Of a DNA stretch of 64,000 nucleotides, positions 62,947-64,000 are shown in pieces. The DNA comes from Candidatus Woesearchaeota archaeon (GTDB lineage: Archaea > Nanobdellota > Nanobdellia > SCGC-AAA011-G17 > GW2011-AR18), in the NCBI GenBank assembly GCA_018302765.1, contig JAGVZG010000002.1, forward strand, positions 1-64,000, written 5' to 3'. Each line of letters begins with the position of its first letter. Position 1 is the first letter of the stretch. Made by a program: the position numbers and the translations under genes. Under the pieces are notes generated by a model that was given only the letters and a program-made list of their open reading frames with translations, did not search any database and was not told the DNA's origin.

Positions 62947-63386
62947 AAACATTTATTGGTGCAGATCATGCTGGTTTTAAGTTAAAGGAAAAATTAAAAC
63001 CTTATTTAACTAAATTAAAATATCAAGTTATAGACTTTGGAAATAAGAAATATCAAGAAAATGATGACTACCCTATTTATGGAAATAGAGTAGCAAAAGC
63101 TGTGGCCAAAAATAAAAATTCTTTTGGAATTCTAATCTGCGGATCTGGCCAAGGTGTTTGCATTGTAGCAAATAAAGTTAAAGGAATAAGAGCAGCATTA
63201 GCTGAAGATACAAGAGATGCTTATTTAGCTAGAAGAGATGATAATTGTAATATAATATGTTTGCAGGGAAGATACACTAATTTAGACAAAGCAAAAATAA
63301 TTGTAAAAATGTTTTTGGAAACTAAATTCAAAGCACTGAAAAGATACAAAAGAAGAATCAATGAGATTAAAAAATTGGAAAAATAA
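62943..63386 (+). CDS. rpiB: Ribose-5-phosphate isomerase B
   Basis: GADHAGF, DDYP, ICGSGQG, ANKVKGIRAA, RYKRRI. Confidence 0.95.
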   Translation: MKTFIGADHAGFKLKEKLKPYLTKLKYQVIDFGNKKYQENDDYPIYGNRVAKAVAKNKNSFGILICGSGQGVCIVANKVKGIRAALAEDTRDAYLARRDDNCNIICLQGRYTNLDKAKIIVKMFLETKFKALKRYKRRINEIKKLEK

Positions 63387-63441
63387 TTGTGTTATATAAA
63401 ATACGGTTGTTACATAAAAATAATAGTTGTAGGAAAAATAT

Positions 63442-64000
63442 ATGAAATACAAAATAATTCCAACATTGATATCAAAAAATCAAAATGAATTGGATGATTT
63501 AATTAATAAGTATGAAAAACATTTTAATTATTTTCAAGTTGATATTATGGATGGAAAATTTGTGAAAAATAAAAGTAACTGGTTTAAATTTAAACTGCCT
63601 CAAAATCTTAAATATGAAGCACATTTAATGATAAATAATCCTGAAGAATGGATCAAGGAAAATTATAATCAATTTGATGTCTTAATTGTAAATTTTGAGA
63701 AAGTAAAAAAACCATTAGAATTGATTAAATTTGTAAAAAGCAAAAATAAGAAATTTGGTTTTGCTCTGAATCCTGAAACTCCCATTATGCTTGTTTTACC
63801 TTACTTAAAATATTTGGATCACATTCTAATATTAACAGTACATCCTGGAATGTATGGGGCTAGATTTTTAATTAAAACTTTAAACAAAATAGAAAGCTTG
63901 AGAATGAATTATAAAGGTAATATAGAAGTTGATGGCCATATTAACCCTAAAACAATTAAATTATGCAAAAATAATGGAGCAAATTTATTTGCCATTGGTT
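63442..64000 (+). CDS. rpe: Ribulose-phosphate 3-epimerase (runs off the window end)
   Basis: Translated by hand from ATG 63442: QVDIMDGKFV, EAHLMI, NPETP, LTVHPG.YG, VDG; absent from the ORF track because no stop is reached. Confidence 0.9.
   Translation, partial: MKYKIIPTLISKNQNELDDLINKYEKHFNYFQVDIMDGKFVKNKSNWFKFKLPQNLKYEAHLMINNPEEWIKENYNQFDVLIVNFEKVKKPLELIKFVKSKNKKFGFALNPETPIMLVLPYLKYLDHILILTVHPGMYGARFLIKTLNKIESLRMNYKGNIEVDGHINPKTIKLCKNNGANLFAIG

Overview
AT-rich chromosomal segment of a DPANN-type archaeon; the gene content and style fit Woesearchaeota/Pacearchaeota, but that assignment is inference. Archaeal informational genes (rpoE', spt4, rps24e, rps27ae, rpl13, rps9, rpl18e, archaeal GluRS and TyrRS, SMC) are mixed with bacterial-type gyrase, repair genes (nth, ogg, polX), large surface proteins, sugar genes (gapN, glycogen debranching enzyme, fba, rpiB, rpe) and many orphan ORFs. 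Most notable items: (1) a divergent retron-like reverse transcriptase (YVRWVDD) followed by an HTH gene, with no obvious ncRNA or DGR repeats; (2) a tRNA-Leu gene split by two non-canonical BHB introns (30/31 and 59/60) whose spliced form has an AAG (A34) anticodon; (3) a wHTH-MNT/HEPN pair bracketed by 22-bp dyad direct repeats and abutting a perfect 36-bp palindrome; (4) a 519-aa Ser-initiated LAGLIDADG/HTH intein splitting the GyrB TOPRIM DxD motif, plus an orphan ORF wedged between gyrB and gyrA; (5) a tRNA-Trp intron that looks like a C/D guide RNA. No CRISPR array, prophage or transposase was recognised. All protein calls come from motif recognition by eye; no database searches were run.
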